The notes beneath the pieces were generated by a model that made no database searches, had not been told where the DNA came from, and was given only the letters and a program-made list of their open reading frames with translations. Both the position numbers and the translations under genes were made by a program. A DNA stretch of 64,000 bases from Candidatus Coprovivens sp. (lineage in GTDB: Bacteria; Bacillota_I; Bacilli_A; RF39; UBA660), in assembly GCA_051892935.1 (NCBI GenBank), contig JBJFGS010000024.1, positions 64,001 through 128,000 on the forward strand. The letters run 5' to 3'. Of this stretch, positions 29,129 through 40,860 are shown piece after piece; position 1 is the first letter of the stretch, and each line of letters starts with the position of its first letter.

Positions 29129-29632
29129 TTATAGCTCCTCTACTTTCTTTCCTCTTAATGCTGCAACATGTTCAGGTGTCTTTTGCATTTTAAGAGCTTC
29201 TAAAGTAGCTTTTGCTACATTTATTTTTGTATTTGAACCAAGTGATTTAGAAACTATATCATGAACACCAGCAAGTTCAAGAACAACTCTGGCAGATCCA
29301 CCAGCGATGATTCCTGTACCTTCTTTAGCAGGTTTAACAAGAACTTGTGCACGTCCAACTTTTCCTATAGCTTCATGTGGGATTGTTCTATTATCAATTA
29401 ATGCAACTTTTGTTACGTTTTTATTAGCTGCTTGAATAGCTTTTTTAATAGCTTCTGGAACTTCGTTAGCTTTTCCTGTACCAATTCCAACTAATCCTTT
29501 TCTATTTCCAACTACTACTGTAGCAGAAAATCTAAAATGACGACCACCTTTTGTAACTTTTGTTACACGGCCGATAGAAACTACTTTTTCTTCAAGCAAG
29601 TTTTTCTTAGAGTCCATTTTTGTTTTTGGCAT
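29129..29632 (-). CDS. rpsE: 30S ribosomal protein S5
   Basis: [28 protein letters not shown]. Confidence 0.99.
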   Translation of the reverse strand: MPKTKMDSKKNLLEEKVVSIGRVTKVTKGGRHFRFSATVVVGNRKGLVGIGTGKANEVPEAIKKAIQAANKNVTKVALIDNRTIPHEAIGKVGRAQVLVKPAKEGTGIIAGGSARVVLELAGVHDIVSKSLGSNTKINVAKATLEALKMQKTPEHVAALRGKKVEEL

Positions 29633-29648
29633 AATTTGTACCTCCCTC

Positions 29649-30005
29649 TTAGAATTCTAGTCCATTTTCACGTGCTGCTTCAGCTAAAGCTTGAACACGT
29701 CCGTGGTAAAGGTATCCACCTCTATCGAAAACTACTTTATTAATTTTTAATTTTTTAGCTTTTTCAGCAATGTCTTTACCTACTAGTTTAGCACCTTCAA
29801 CATTGCCTCCGTTTTTAATTTTTAATTCGACAGATGAAGAGCTAGCAAGAGTAACGCCCTTAACATCATCGATAATTTGAGCAAATATTTGTGTATTTGA
29901 TCTAAATACGTTTAATCTTGGACATTCTGCAGTTCCGTTTACTTTATTACGAATACGAGCATGTCTTTTCTTACGTAAATCATTTTTTGATTCTTTAACT
30001 ATCAT
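29649..30005 (-). CDS. rplR: 50S ribosomal protein L18
   Basis: [23 protein letters not shown]. Confidence 0.99.
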   Translation of the reverse strand: MIVKESKNDLRKKRHARIRNKVNGTAECPRLNVFRSNTQIFAQIIDDVKGVTLASSSSVELKIKNGGNVEGAKLVGKDIAEKAKKLKINKVVFDRGGYLYHGRVQALAEAARENGLEF

Positions 30006-30025
30006 AATATCTCGACTCCTTACCC

Positions 30026-30565
30026 TTATTTAGCTGCTTTCTTACCTTCTTTACGACGAACATATTCACCTTTGTAACGAATACCTTTACCTTTGTATGG
30101 TTCTGGTTCTCTTACTGCACGAATATTAGCCGCAAATTCAGTAACCTTTTGCTTATCGATACCTGAAATAGTAATTTCAGTATTATTAATTTGTTCTGCT
30201 TTTAGTCCAGCAGGAACTTCTATTACTACTGGATGAGAATAACCAGCATTAATAGTTAATTTATTTCCAGAAACTTGGAATTTGTATCCAACTCCAACAG
30301 CTTCTAATCCTTTTTGGTATCCTTCTGTAACACCAGTAATCATATTTTTTACCAATGCATTTACAGTACCATGTAATTGTTTTGATGTTTTAGCATCATT
30401 TGGTCTTTTTGTAATAATTTTGCCTTCAACTTCTTCAACAGTGATTAAAGCTGGTTTTTCGTAGCTTAATTCACCTTTAGGACCTTTAACAGTTACAGTA
30501 TTTTTGTCAACAGTAACAGTAACTCCAGCAGGAACTACTAATTCTCTTTTTCCTATTCTACTCAT
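30026..30565 (-). CDS. rplF: 50S ribosomal protein L6
   Basis: [17 protein letters not shown]. Confidence 0.99.
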   Translation of the reverse strand: MSRIGKRELVVPAGVTVTVDKNTVTVKGPKGELSYEKPALITVEEVEGKIITKRPNDAKTSKQLHGTVNALVKNMITGVTEGYQKGLEAVGVGYKFQVSGNKLTINAGYSHPVVIEVPAGLKAEQINNTEITISGIDKQKVTEFAANIRAVREPEPYKGKGIRYKGEYVRRKEGKKAAK

Positions 30566-30578
30566 AACTTATTTTTCC

Positions 30579-30974
30579 TTACCAAATATAGGCAAGTACT
30601 TCTCCTCCTAGACCAGCTTCACGAGCTTCTTTATCAGTCATTAATCCTTTTGAAGTTGAAATGATTGCAATTCCTAGTCCATTAAGAACACGAGGAATTT
30701 CATCAGTCTTGGCATAGACACGTAATCCTGATTTTGAGATTCTCTTTAATCCAGTGATTACTCTTTCTTTCTTTTCTCCATATTTAAGTGTTAAAGTTAA
30801 TTTATCACCTTTAGTATTTTTTTCATATTTGAAATCAGCTATGTAACCTTCACGTTTTAAGATCTCAGCAATACCTAAAGTCATTTTTGAACCTAAAACT
30901 TCAACAGTTTCATATTTCATTTGATTTGCATTACGTATTCTTGTAAGCATATCTGCTATAATATCTCCAACCAT
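30579..30974 (-). CDS. rpsH: 30S ribosomal protein S8
   Basis: [23 protein letters not shown]. Confidence 0.99.
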   Translation of the reverse strand: MVGDIIADMLTRIRNANQMKYETVEVLGSKMTLGIAEILKREGYIADFKYEKNTKGDKLTLTLKYGEKKERVITGLKRISKSGLRVYAKTDEIPRVLNGLGIAIISTSKGLMTDKEAREAGLGGEVLAYIW

Positions 30975-30992
30975 AATCTAAATTCCTCCTTC

Positions 30993-31178
30993 CTACCAAC
31001 TTGACTTCTTAACGCCAGGGATTTGTCCATTATTTGCCATTTCTCTAAAGCAAATACGACATAATTTGTATTTACGTAGAACTCCGTGAGGACGTCCACA
31101 TCTTTCGCAACGAGTATAAGCTCTTGACTTGAATTTAGGAGCTCTTTGTTGTTTAACTTTTAAACTTGTCTTTGCCAT
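30993..31178 (-). CDS. rpsN: 30S ribosomal protein S14, type Z
   Basis: RCERCGRP...LCRICFR. Confidence 0.99.
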   Translation of the reverse strand: MAKTSLKVKQQRAPKFKSRAYTRCERCGRPHGVLRKYKLCRICFREMANNGQIPGVKKSSW

Positions 31179-31196
31179 AAATATTTCCTCCTCTTT

Positions 31197-31736
31197 CTAC
31201 TTTCTAAATGGCATTCCGAAACCACTTAATAGTTCGTATGCTTCTTCATTTGTTTTTGCTGTTGTAACGAATACTATATCCATTCCTCTTAATTTAAGAA
31301 TTTGATCATATTCGATTTCAGGAAAAATTATTTGTTCTTTAACACCTAGAGTATAGTTTCCTTTACCATCAAATGCAGTTTTTGAAACTCCTCTAAAATC
31401 TCTAACACGAGGTAGTGCTATTTTTATTAGTTTTTCCATGAAATTATACATATTTTCGCCACGTAGAGTAACTTTTGCTCCAATCGTTTGGCCTTCTCTT
31501 ATTTTAAAGCCAGCTATTGATTTACGAGCTTTTGTTACTACAGGTTTTTGACCAGCAATTAATTCTAGGTCTTTTACTGCTGCTTCAATATATTTTGAAT
31601 CTGTTGCAGCTTCTCCAACTCCCATATTAATAACTATTTTTTCTAGTTTTGGAACTTCCATCTTTGAAGAATAGTTAAATTTTTTCATTAGAGAGTCAGT
31701 TATTTGTTCATTATATAGTTTTTTAAATGTACTCAT
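31197..31736 (-). CDS. rplE: 50S ribosomal protein L5
   Basis: [25 protein letters not shown]. Confidence 0.99.
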   Translation of the reverse strand: MSTFKKLYNEQITDSLMKKFNYSSKMEVPKLEKIVINMGVGEAATDSKYIEAAVKDLELIAGQKPVVTKARKSIAGFKIREGQTIGAKVTLRGENMYNFMEKLIKIALPRVRDFRGVSKTAFDGKGNYTLGVKEQIIFPEIEYDQILKLRGMDIVFVTTAKTNEEAYELLSGFGMPFRK

Positions 31737-31751
31737 ATCTTCACCCACTAA

Positions 31752-32048
<297 letters not shown>

Positions 32049-32059
32049 ATTTAGTCCTC

Positions 32060-32428
32060 CTATAATACTTCAGGTGCAAGTGAAACGATTTTCATGAAAT
32101 CTTTTTCACGTAGCTCACGAGCAACAGGTCCTAAAACTCTAGTTCCTATTGGGCTCTTATCTTCTCTAATTAATACACATGCATTGTCATCGAACTTGAT
32201 GTATGAACCATCAGCTCTTCTAACGCCTTGAACTGTTCTAACAATTACAGCTTTAACAACTTTTCCTTTTGGAACATTACTATTTGGGATAGCTTTTTTT
32301 ACTGTTCCAACAACGATATCACCGATATTACCAGTTTTTACTTTGCTTCCACCAACTACTCTGATTACTAGTAATTCACGAGCTCCAGAGTTGTCAGCAA
32401 CTTTAAGTCTAGATTCTTGCATTACCAT
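32060..32428 (-). CDS. rplN: 50S ribosomal protein L14
   Basis: [16 protein letters not shown]. Confidence 0.99.
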   Translation of the reverse strand: MVMQESRLKVADNSGARELLVIRVVGGSKVKTGNIGDIVVGTVKKAIPNSNVPKGKVVKAVIVRTVQGVRRADGSYIKFDDNACVLIREDKSPIGTRVLGPVARELREKDFMKIVSLAPEVL

Positions 32429-32439
32429 AATGATACCCC

Positions 32440-32700
32440 CTATAGAACTACAGCTTCGATTAGTACTTCAACAAGTTCATATCTCTTTGTTTTTGATAAT
32501 GGTCTTGTACTACTAATTCTTACTGTATCTCCTTCTTTAGCTTTATTAAATTCATCATGAGCTGTATATTTTTTTGAATATTTAACTCTTTTTCCGTAAA
32601 GTGGATGCTTTTTATATGTTTCAACTAAAACAGTTATAGTTTTATCGTTTTTTGCACTAACAACTTTACCAACAAGTGTTGTCTTTTTAGTTTCTGCCAT
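32440..32700 (-). CDS. rpsQ: 30S ribosomal protein S17
   Basis: [17 protein letters not shown]. Confidence 0.99.
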   Translation of the reverse strand: MAETKKTTLVGKVVSAKNDKTITVLVETYKKHPLYGKRVKYSKKYTAHDEFNKAKEGDTVRISSTRPLSKTKRYELVEVLIEAVVL

Positions 32701-32912
32701 TATTGTTCGCCTCCATTTTCTCTTTCTTTTAAGATTGTTTGCATTCTAGCAACATTTTTTCTTAGTTCACGAATCTTAGATGGTTTTTCTAATGAACCAG
32801 TTGATTGTTTTAGTCTAAGATCGAATAATTCTTTTTTTGATTCTTTAATTTTTGCTTCTAATTCTTCATTAGATAAAGCTCTTAGTTCTTTTACTACTTC
32901 ATTAACCTTCAT
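32700..32912 (-). CDS. rpmC: 50S ribosomal protein L29
   Basis: KKELFDLR...[15 protein letters not shown]. Confidence 0.97.
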   Translation of the reverse strand: MKVNEVVKELRALSNEELEAKIKESKKELFDLRLKQSTGSLEKPSKIRELRKNVARMQTILKERENGGEQ

Positions 32913-33339
32913 TAGATTCACCGCCTTTAACTTCTTCTTTTTTAACTATTTTGCAAGTTATTGGAAGTTTGTGTGATGCAAGTCTTAAAGCTTCTCTTGC
33001 GATTTCTTCAGAAACTCCACCAACTTCAAACATAATTTTTCCTTTTTTAACAACAGCTACCCATTGTTCTACGCTACCTTTACCTTTACCTTGACGAACA
33101 CCAAGAGGTTTCTTAGTTAATGGTAAATGTGGGAAGATGTTAATCCATACTTGTCCGCCACGTTTCATAAAACGAGTCATAGCGATACGTGCTGCTTCAA
33201 TTTGTTGAGCAGTAATGTATGTACCTTCAGTAGCCATTAATCCGTATTCACCGAATGATAATTCAGTATTACCTTTTGCTTTTCCTTCGTATGATAAACG
33301 ATGTTGTTTACGATACTTAGTTCTTTTTGGCATTAACAT
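32902..33339 (-). CDS. rplP: 50S ribosomal protein L16
   Basis: [28 protein letters not shown]. Confidence 0.99.
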   Translation of the reverse strand: MLMPKRTKYRKQHRLSYEGKAKGNTELSFGEYGLMATEGTYITAQQIEAARIAMTRFMKRGGQVWINIFPHLPLTKKPLGVRQGKGKGSVEQWVAVVKKGKIMFEVGGVSEEIAREALRLASHKLPITCKIVKKEEVKGGESNEG

Positions 33340-33997
33340 CTTTATTCTCTCCCTTCGTTACTTTCTTAGTAGGAAGAATTTCACCTCTGTAAATCCATAC
33401 TTTAACACCTAACTTACCATAAGTTGTGTTTGCTTCAGCGATTGCATAGTCTATATCAGCTCTGATTGTATGTAGAGGAACAGTACCTTCTGTATATCCT
33501 TCAGTACGTGCCATTTCAGCTCCACCAAGTCTTCCTGAAACTGCAGTTTTAATACCTTTAGCTCCAGCTTTCATTGTGTTTCTTATAGCTCTTTTTTGAG
33601 CGCTTCTGAATGGTGCTCTAGCTTCAATTTGTTGAGCGATTTGCTCAGCAACTAGCTTAGCATTTAAGTCAGGATTTTTAACTTCGATGATTGATACATA
33701 AATTTCTTCATCTACTAATTTCTTTAATTCTTTTCTTAATTTTTCAATATCTTCTCCGCCATGTCCGATAATAACACCAGGTTTAGCAGTATAGATTTTT
33801 ACATCTGTTCTTTTAGCAGTTCTTTCGATTACTACAGAAGCAACTGCAGCATCTTTCATTTTCTTTGCTAAGTATTTACGAATTTTGTCATCTTTATTTA
33901 AAAGTGTACCAAAATCTTTTTTCTCAGCAAACCAATTAGCTTCCCAATCTTTATTAACGCCAACTCTTAGGCCTATTGGATTAACTTTTTGTCCCAT
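33317..33997 (-). CDS. rpsC: 30S ribosomal protein S3
   Basis: [28 protein letters not shown]. Confidence 0.99.
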   Translation of the reverse strand: MGQKVNPIGLRVGVNKDWEANWFAEKKDFGTLLNKDDKIRKYLAKKMKDAAVASVVIERTAKRTDVKIYTAKPGVIIGHGGEDIEKLRKELKKLVDEEIYVSIIEVKNPDLNAKLVAEQIAQQIEARAPFRSAQKRAIRNTMKAGAKGIKTAVSGRLGGAEMARTEGYTEGTVPLHTIRADIDYAIAEANTTYGKLGVKVWIYRGEILPTKKVTKGENKDVNAKKN

Positions 33998-33998
33998 A

Positions 33999-34343
33999 CT
34001 ATTTTGCCTCCTTATTATCAGATACTTTTACAGTAATATGACTTGTTCTTTTATCTCTTCTATCAACTTTTGTTCTTGAACCAAATTTAATTCTTTTTAG
34101 CACTTGTCCTGGATTGATATAGCATTCAGAGATAACAAGTTCAGATTCATTAGCGCCGAAGTTATTAACAGCGTTTGCAACAGCAGAATTTAAAACTTTA
34201 AGGATTAATCTGCTAGCTTTTGTATTAGTATTTTCTAAAATACCTTGTGCAGTTTGAACATCTTTTCCTCTTACTAAATCAAGAGTCATTCTTGCTTTAC
34301 GAGGAGCGATCATAGCACCTTTATGTATTGCATATGTTTCCAT
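33999..34343 (-). CDS. rplV: 50S ribosomal protein L22
   Basis: [20 protein letters not shown]. Confidence 0.97.
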   Translation of the reverse strand: METYAIHKGAMIAPRKARMTLDLVRGKDVQTAQGILENTNTKASRLILKVLNSAVANAVNNFGANESELVISECYINPGQVLKRIKFGSRTKVDRRDKRTSHITVKVSDNKEAK

Positions 34344-34359
34344 TACTTATACTCCCTTC

Positions 34360-34623
34360 CTACTTTTGTCCAGCATGTCCGCCAAATTTACGAGTTAGTG
34401 CAAACTCTCCTAATTTGTGTCCAACCATATCTTCAGTAATATATACTGGGATAAATTCTTTTCCATTATGAACAGCTATTGTATGTCCCACGAAATCAGG
34501 ATAAATAGTTGAACGACGAGACCAAGTTTTTACAACTTCTTTTTTATTGTTTTTATTTAATTCTTGAACCTTTTTTAATAATCTTTCGAATACATATGGT
34601 CCTTTTTTTAAACTTCTTGCCAT
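34360..34623 (-). CDS. rpsS: 30S ribosomal protein S19
   Basis: [16 protein letters not shown]. Confidence 0.99.
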   Translation of the reverse strand: MARSLKKGPYVFERLLKKVQELNKNNKKEVVKTWSRRSTIYPDFVGHTIAVHNGKEFIPVYITEDMVGHKLGEFALTRKFGGHAGQK

Positions 34624-34636
34624 TTTTTATTTCCTC

Positions 34637-35467
34637 CTATTTTTTCTTACGACTAACAATTAGCTTGCTAGATTTTTTCTTGCTACTACGAGTCTTAACA
34701 CCCATAGCTTTTTTGCCCCATGGAGTCATTGGTGCTTTACGTCCTACTGGAGTACGTCCTTCTCCACCACCATGTGGGTGGTCGTTAGGGTTCATTACAG
34801 AACCACGGTTTGTTGGTCTTATACCTAAGTGACGAGTACGACCTGCTTTTCCCCAGTTTACTAGTTCGTAGTCTTCATTTCCAACTACTCCAATTGTTGC
34901 CATACAAGTTCCTAGAACTTTTCTTGTTTCACCAGATTGTAGTCTGATTAATACATATTTATCTTCACGACCTAATATTTGAGCGCTTGTTCCAGCTGCA
35001 CGACATAGTGCTGCCCCTTTACCAGGTTGTAGCTCTATACAATGTATTGTTGTACCTACTGGGATATTTGCAAGCGGTAATGCGTTACCAACTTTGATAT
35101 CTGCTTCAGGCCCATTTTCAACAATAGCACCAACTGTTAAATCTTTTGGAGCGATGATATATCTTTTTTCACCATCTCTATAGTTTAATAATGCGATATT
35201 TGCATTACGATTTGGATCGTATTCAATAGTTGCTACTCTAGCAGTAACTCCAACTTTATCTCTTTTAAAATCGATAACTCTGTATTTTTGTTTTGCTCCT
35301 CCACCAATGTGGCGAACTGTCATTTTTCCTTGGTTATTTCTTCCACCTGTTTTAGTTTTTGAAACAACTAAAGTTTTTTCAGGAGTTGAAGTAGTTATTT
35401 CGCTATTAGCTAGTGTAGTCATTCCACGACGACCATTTGTTGTAGCTTTATATGATTTAATTGCCAT
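34637..35467 (-). CDS. rplB: 50S ribosomal protein L2
   Basis: [20 protein letters not shown]. Confidence 0.99.
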   Translation of the reverse strand: MAIKSYKATTNGRRGMTTLANSEITTSTPEKTLVVSKTKTGGRNNQGKMTVRHIGGGAKQKYRVIDFKRDKVGVTARVATIEYDPNRNANIALLNYRDGEKRYIIAPKDLTVGAIVENGPEADIKVGNALPLANIPVGTTIHCIELQPGKGAALCRAAGTSAQILGREDKYVLIRLQSGETRKVLGTCMATIGVVGNEDYELVNWGKAGRTRHLGIRPTNRGSVMNPNDHPHGGGEGRTPVGRKAPMTPWGKKAMGVKTRSSKKKSSKLIVSRKKK

Positions 35468-35485
35468 AATTTCTTCTCTCCTTTA

Positions 35486-35761
35486 CTATAATTCTATTTT
35501 TTCGCCATCAGCTAATGTGATGTACGCTTTTTTGTATGTCTTAGTTTTTCCTGTATATCTTCCAACTCTTTTTGCTTTTGATTTTGTATTAGCTGTATTT
35601 ACTTTAACAACTTTTACGCCAAATGCTTCTTCGATAGCTTTTTTGATTTCTATCTTATTTGCTTCTGATGCAACTTTGAAAGTGTATACATTGTTTTCTG
35701 CTTGAATTGCAGCTTTTTCTGTAATTACAGGTGCTATTATAATATCAGTATAATCTTTCAT
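35486..35761 (-). CDS. rplW: 50S ribosomal protein L23
   Basis: [24 protein letters not shown]. Confidence 0.99.
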   Translation of the reverse strand: MKDYTDIIIAPVITEKAAIQAENNVYTFKVASEANKIEIKKAIEEAFGVKVVKVNTANTKSKAKRVGRYTGKTKTYKKAYITLADGEKIEL

Positions 35762-36384
35762 TATTTAAGTCCCCCTTCAATTACTTCTATTGCTTTTTCA
35801 TCTAGTACAACGATGTCAGCATTTACTAGGTCATAGCAGTTAATTTCATTAGCATTTATGTTATATGCATAACCTAAATTTCTGCTTGCCATATATAAAT
35901 TTTCATTATCTTCGCCAGTTACAAATAAAACTTTACCAGTTAAGTTTAATGTTGCCATTATGTCTTTAACAGCTTTAGTTTTTAATGTATCTAATACGAT
36001 TGAATCAACTACTACTAATTCTTTATCTTGGAATTTGTGAGTTAGTGCACTCTTAAGAGCAAGAGCTCTTTCTTTCTTATTCATATCGAATGTGTAATCT
36101 CTTGGAGTAACTCCACCAACGATTCCACCACCACGCCATTGTGTTGCTCTAATAGAACCTTGACGAGCTCTACCAGTTCCTTTTTGTCTCCATGGTTTTC
36201 TTCCACCACCAGATACTTCTGAACGTGTTTTAGTTTTTGCAGTTCCTTGTCTTGTTGCAGCCAATTGTAAATCAATTGCTTTTTTTAGAACAATATCATT
36301 TGTTTCAATATTCCATACATTATCAGCTAATGTTATATCTTTTAGTTTTTCACCTTTAATATTAATTAATTGTATCTTTGCCAT
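35761..36384 (-). CDS. rplD: 50S ribosomal protein L4
   Basis: [21 protein letters not shown]. Confidence 0.99.
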   Translation of the reverse strand: MAKIQLINIKGEKLKDITLADNVWNIETNDIVLKKAIDLQLAATRQGTAKTKTRSEVSGGGRKPWRQKGTGRARQGSIRATQWRGGGIVGGVTPRDYTFDMNKKERALALKSALTHKFQDKELVVVDSIVLDTLKTKAVKDIMATLNLTGKVLFVTGEDNENLYMASRNLGYAYNINANEINCYDLVNADIVVLDEKAIEVIEGGLK

Positions 36385-36407
36385 ATTAGATCACCTTTCT
36401 AAGTAAA

Positions 36408-37166
36408 TTACTTACTTTCTCCTTGGTTTTCTTCTGTAGCTTCTACCACTTCAGTTGTTTCTTCTGCAACTTCTGTATTTTCTACAACTTCATCAGCAAC
36501 TGTTTCTGAAGTATATGTTAATACTTCTTTTGGTTCAGCAGAACCGTCTTTCTTAACAGCTGTTTTGATTAAAACTAAAGATTGTTTAGCTCCTGGAATA
36601 TTTCCACTAACTAAGATATAATTTTCTGCAGCATTTACTTCGATAATTTCTAGATTTTGGATTGTTGTTGTTTCAACACCCATATGTCCAGGTAAATTTT
36701 TACCTTTAAGAACGTGCATTGGTCTCATTGTACCCATTGAGCCAGGTCCTCTATGATAACGTGAACCATGTGTCATAGGTCCTCTTGTTTGATTCCAACG
36801 TTTGATTACACCTTCAGTACCTTTACCTTTACTAGTACCTGTTACGTCAACATATTCACCAGCAGTGAAAACGTCAGCGCCAATTGTATCTCCTAAGTTA
36901 TAAGTACCTTCGTAATCACGAATTTCTTTTAAGTAGCGCTTAGGAGTTGTGTTTGCTTTTTTAGCATGACCAATACTAGCTTTGCTAGCATTTTTTTCTT
37001 TCTTGTCAACTGTAGCTAATTGAATAGCATTGTATCCGTCAGTTTCAACGGTTTTAACTTGAGTTACAACGTTTGGTTCAACTGATACAACTGTTACAGG
37101 AACAAGTTTTCCATCTTTTGTGAAGACTTGAGTCATTCCGACTTTACGTCCTAAGATTCCTTTCAT
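36408..37166 (-). CDS. rplC: 50S ribosomal protein L3 with acidic C-terminal extension
   Basis: [28 protein letters not shown]. Confidence 0.99.
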   Translation of the reverse strand: MKGILGRKVGMTQVFTKDGKLVPVTVVSVEPNVVTQVKTVETDGYNAIQLATVDKKEKNASKASIGHAKKANTTPKRYLKEIRDYEGTYNLGDTIGADVFTAGEYVDVTGTSKGKGTEGVIKRWNQTRGPMTHGSRYHRGPGSMGTMRPMHVLKGKNLPGHMGVETTTIQNLEIIEVNAAENYILVSGNIPGAKQSLVLIKTAVKKDGSAEPKEVLTYTSETVADEVVENTEVAEETTEVVEATEENQGESK

Positions 37167-37190
37167 CTCTTTACCTCCGTATATTTTTTA

Positions 37191-37496
37191 TTATTTTATG
37201 TTAATAGCAACGCCACTTGGAATATCTAAGTGAGCTAGAGCTTCAACAGTTTCTTTTGTTGGGTTTTTAATATCTATTAGTCTCTTATGAGTACGACTTT
37301 CAAATTGTTCTCTAGAGTCTTTATATTTATGTACAGCTCTTAGTACAGTAATCTTTTCTACATCAGTAGGTAGAGGTACTGGACCAACAACTTCTCCCCC
37401 AGTTCTTTTAACAGTTTCAACTATTTTTCCGCAAGCTGTGTCTAATAATCTATGATCATAAGCTTTTAGAGTAATACGAACTTTGTTACTTGACAT
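37191..37496 (-). CDS. rpsJ: 30S ribosomal protein S10
   Basis: [23 protein letters not shown]. Confidence 0.99.
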   Translation of the reverse strand: MSSNKVRITLKAYDHRLLDTACGKIVETVKRTGGEVVGPVPLPTDVEKITVLRAVHKYKDSREQFESRTHKRLIDIKNPTKETVEALAHLDIPSGVAINIK

Positions 37497-37499
37497 TTT

Positions 37500-37660
37500 A
37501 TGTCCTCCCTTCGTCTATATCTAGTATAGACTCGCTCCGTGTGAATTACCCGATGCTTTTTTGATAAGTTTTTAACAACTTCTCCTAGTGTATCGGCAAC
37601 CTCCCACATCTACGCAGTCATACAATTTCCATTATAGCATGTTTTGCCTTAAAATCAAGT
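37500..37660 (-). promoter_or_regulatory. S10 operon promoter and conserved Firmicutes S10 leader RNA
   Basis: TTGATT-16-TATAAT with TGn extension; leader contains GAGGTTGCCGATACAC...CACGGAG as in Bacillus S10 leaders. Confidence 0.75.
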
Positions 37661-37707
37661 AAAAATTAGCTTTTTTTCAAAAAAAAATAAAAATCATCTT
37701 AGGACTT

Positions 37708-39213
37708 TTATTTTTTTGTTATTAAAATATCTGTATTTTTCATTTCTTTTGGGATGGCTATGTCCATATATTTTAATAGTGTTGGTGCAAAACTCATAAG
37801 GCTTCCGTTCTCTAGTTTTATTTTTGGATCCATTATAATAAAAGGAACTGGAGACAAAGTGTTTTTAGTTACTATATTATTTTGTCTGTCTATTATTGTA
37901 TCTGCTTTTGAGTGACTAGATGTAATTACAACTTTATAGAAGTTTTCTTCTGCTACTTCAATTATTTTACCAAGACATACATCGATGGCTTGTAATCCGT
38001 TTATTGTAGCTTGATAATTACCTGTATGGCCTACTTCATCCGGATTAGCGAAATTAACTATTATAAAATCGTAATCTTTTTCCATACATTTTATCGCCGT
38101 TTTTGCTATTGATAAAGAATCCATTTCTGGTTTTATGTCAAAACTATCTACGTTCTGGCTTGCTATATTATACACATCACATCCTTCTAGTGATTTGTAT
38201 TTATCACCTTGCAAGTGGTAATTCATTGATGGGGCTTTTATACTTTCATATATATGAGCTTGGCTCAATCCAAGTTCAGATATATATTCTGTTAGTGTAT
38301 GATTGTATATTTTGTTTTCTAAAAAGTAATTATTATTTAAATCTTTATCAATTTCAAATAAACTATAAAATAAGATTTCTTGTGGATAGGTATTGAACTC
38401 TATGAAGTCTTTATTGCAAATAGAGTTTAATAATTGTACCTGATTGTTTTTACTATAGTTTAATGTTATAAAGACATCGTTTGAATTAAATGGTTCGAAC
38501 GAGATTGTCTTTATGGGTGGTAAATATTCATCAGATAATTTTTTTTCATAACATTTTTCAATTACTCTAGGTAGATTTTTAGCATCTACTCCACGACCGC
38601 TAAATAATAAATCATAATACATTTTAGTTCTTTTATAGTCCTTAGTTTCATCTAAAGCATAGTATCTTCCACATATTGATGATAGTTTAACGTTTCCAAC
38701 TATAATGTTGTCTATTTCATTTATGTATTTTTTTATTGACCATTTATCAGAATCACGACCGTCAGCTATTGCATGAATGTGAATATCGTTTGTAATACGA
38801 CTTCTTGATAGTTCGTTTAAAAAACTTTTCAAGTGATTAATATGGGATGATACTCCTCCATCTGATAGAAGTATTGAAATATGTATTTTATTGTTTGGGT
38901 GTTTTTTTAGATATTCTATTAACTCGTTGTATTTATGATTATATTTTAGATTATCTTTACGGAATTCACTATTTATATCATTTAATTTATTAGATATTTC
39001 TCGACCTGCTCCTATTATTTTATGACCAAGTTCGCTTGAGCTGCATTGTTTTTCAGGAAGCCCTACAGCTAAGCCATTAGCTTTTAATAAGCAATGTGGA
39101 TAGTTATTCCATATATTTATAAAATTATTCATTCCTGCGTTTTTTATCGCATTTCCATATATATCTTCTCGCATACCAAAACCATCTAATATAATTGTTA
39201 TTATTTTCTTCAT
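37708..39213 (-). CDS. gpmI: 2,3-BPG-independent phosphoglycerate mutase homologue with degenerate active site
   Basis: IILDGFG, SELGH, DGRD, GRYYA, NPDEVGHTG present; several metal and substrate ligands substituted. Confidence 0.85.
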   Translation of the reverse strand: MKKIITIILDGFGMREDIYGNAIKNAGMNNFINIWNNYPHCLLKANGLAVGLPEKQCSSSELGHKIIGAGREISNKLNDINSEFRKDNLKYNHKYNELIEYLKKHPNNKIHISILLSDGGVSSHINHLKSFLNELSRSRITNDIHIHAIADGRDSDKWSIKKYINEIDNIIVGNVKLSSICGRYYALDETKDYKRTKMYYDLLFSGRGVDAKNLPRVIEKCYEKKLSDEYLPPIKTISFEPFNSNDVFITLNYSKNNQVQLLNSICNKDFIEFNTYPQEILFYSLFEIDKDLNNNYFLENKIYNHTLTEYISELGLSQAHIYESIKAPSMNYHLQGDKYKSLEGCDVYNIASQNVDSFDIKPEMDSLSIAKTAIKCMEKDYDFIIVNFANPDEVGHTGNYQATINGLQAIDVCLGKIIEVAEENFYKVVITSSHSKADTIIDRQNNIVTKNTLSPVPFIIMDPKIKLENGSLMSFAPTLLKYMDIAIPKEMKNTDILITKK

Positions 39214-39244
39214 AGGCAATTCTCCCATTTACATAATAGCATAT

Positions 39245-39281
39245 AAAAAAAAGAAATTACAAGGTTGTCTTGTAATTTCTT
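39245..39281 (-). terminator. Terminator between the spo0A-like gene and gpmI
   Basis: AAGAAATTACAAG-acaac-CTTGTAATTTCTT-TTTTTT on the minus strand. Confidence 0.8.
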
Positions 39282-39285
39282 GGTA

Positions 39286-40056
39286 TTAATAAGAGGTTCT
39301 ACCTTCTTCCATCATTATTTTATCAACTATTATAGCTATGAATTCTCCATTAGTTGGTTTTGTTTTATTATAGTAATCAACACAATTTTTAAATAATTCG
39401 TTTGAGTATTCATAATCTCCTCTATCCCATCCTGTTTCAATTGCACTTCTTATTGATCGTTCTATGCAACTTTCTTTTTTACAAAATGATTCTGCTAACA
39501 TTGGGTATATCTCTTTGGTTATAGATGTTAATAAAGATGGTTCTAAGTAACATTCATATATTGCTTTTCTTAAATAATGAAATCCATTTTTATCTGGAGC
39601 AATGCCAAGATTTTTAAGTATTTCGGCAACTTTATCATATATCGATATTTTTTGAAAGTTATATTTTTCTTTCTTTTTTCTGATTTCTTTTAGAGAATAG
39701 ATAAGTTCATTCATTTTATAATTTTTAGGTATGACATTAAATATTTGATAATTTGAAGATGCTAAATTATAACAATCTAGTTTTATATTATCAATTATAA
39801 TAGTTCTAGATAATAATACTTCATTACTATAATTTGTTAAAAGGTTAAGAATATTTTCTCCTTTTAATGTTCCATCTATTATAATTGCATCTAATTCTAA
39901 TGATTTATCATTTATTATGTTTAAAGCATCTTTGTAATTATCTGCAGAGTACTTAATAACTATTTCAGTAGATAATCTGCTAACTTCTTCCTTCATTTTC
40001 TTTACATCATCATTACTACAGACTACTAATATATTAATGTTATTTTTCATTTTCAT
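39286..40056 (-). CDS. Spo0A-family regulator (Spo0A_C domain plus atypical receiver domain)
   Basis: LGI...GFHYLRKAI...ITKEIYP...IERSIRSAIETGWDRG...KPTNGEFIA. Confidence 0.88.
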   Translation of the reverse strand: MKMKNNINILVVCSNDDVKKMKEEVSRLSTEIVIKYSADNYKDALNIINDKSLELDAIIIDGTLKGENILNLLTNYSNEVLLSRTIIIDNIKLDCYNLASSNYQIFNVIPKNYKMNELIYSLKEIRKKKEKYNFQKISIYDKVAEILKNLGIAPDKNGFHYLRKAIYECYLEPSLLTSITKEIYPMLAESFCKKESCIERSIRSAIETGWDRGDYEYSNELFKNCVDYYNKTKPTNGEFIAIIVDKIMMEEGRTSY

Positions 40057-40098
40057 ATCTCTTTCTATGTCTGTATTATATAATTTATTTTTTTTAAT

Positions 40099-40860
40099 TT
40101 ATGTATTATTTTGTCGATTTGATTTTTTCATTATTTTTTCGTAAATTGCAATAACATTATTGATATCTTTAGAACTTTCTCCTAAAACATATCCGTCTAA
40201 GTTATTAATAGTAATTAATTCGTCTATATTTTCTTCATTTATACTACCACCATATAATATTGGTAAATCTATATTATATTTTGTCAGTAATATTTCTTTT
40301 ATAATTCTTATACTTTCGGAAATTTCTTCTATTGTTGGTGTTTTTCCACTACCTATAGCCCATATTGGTTCATATACAATTATCATTTTTTCTCTTTTAT
40401 AATCTGGCACTCTATCTATGATATGAGATAACTGTTTTTCTAAAGTAATACTAGTTAAGTTATATTGTCTTTGTTCAAATGATTCGCCAATAAAATAAAT
40501 TGGTCTTATGTGACTATGATAAGCTTTTTTTATTTTATCTATTATTGTTTGTTCTTCTTCTTTAAATAATTTTCTTCTTTCACTATGACCTATTAAAGCA
40601 TACTGGACATTTAAAGATTGCAATTGCTCTGCTGTATTTTCTCCAGTATGAGCTCCATTTTCATATTTTGATATATCTTGACTACCTAATTTATATGTTT
40701 CACTTTGAAATAAATATAAAAAAGGTGTTGATGGGCAAATAATTAGTTCAATATCATTGTCAAACGGAATCGCTAATAATCCTTTTTCGTATTCTATGTA
40801 TTCTTCTTTATTTTTATTTGCTTTTAAATTACATATTAAGTATTTTTTATTAGTTTTCAT
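40099..40860 (-). CDS. tpiA: Triose-phosphate isomerase
   Basis: NLK, IGHSERR, YEPIWAIGSG, LYGGS. Confidence 0.95.
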   Translation of the reverse strand: MKTNKKYLICNLKANKNKEEYIEYEKGLLAIPFDNDIELIICPSTPFLYLFQSETYKLGSQDISKYENGAHTGENTAEQLQSLNVQYALIGHSERRKLFKEEEQTIIDKIKKAYHSHIRPIYFIGESFEQRQYNLTSITLEKQLSHIIDRVPDYKREKMIIVYEPIWAIGSGKTPTIEEISESIRIIKEILLTKYNIDLPILYGGSINEENIDELITINNLDGYVLGESSKDINNVIAIYEKIMKKSNRQNNT

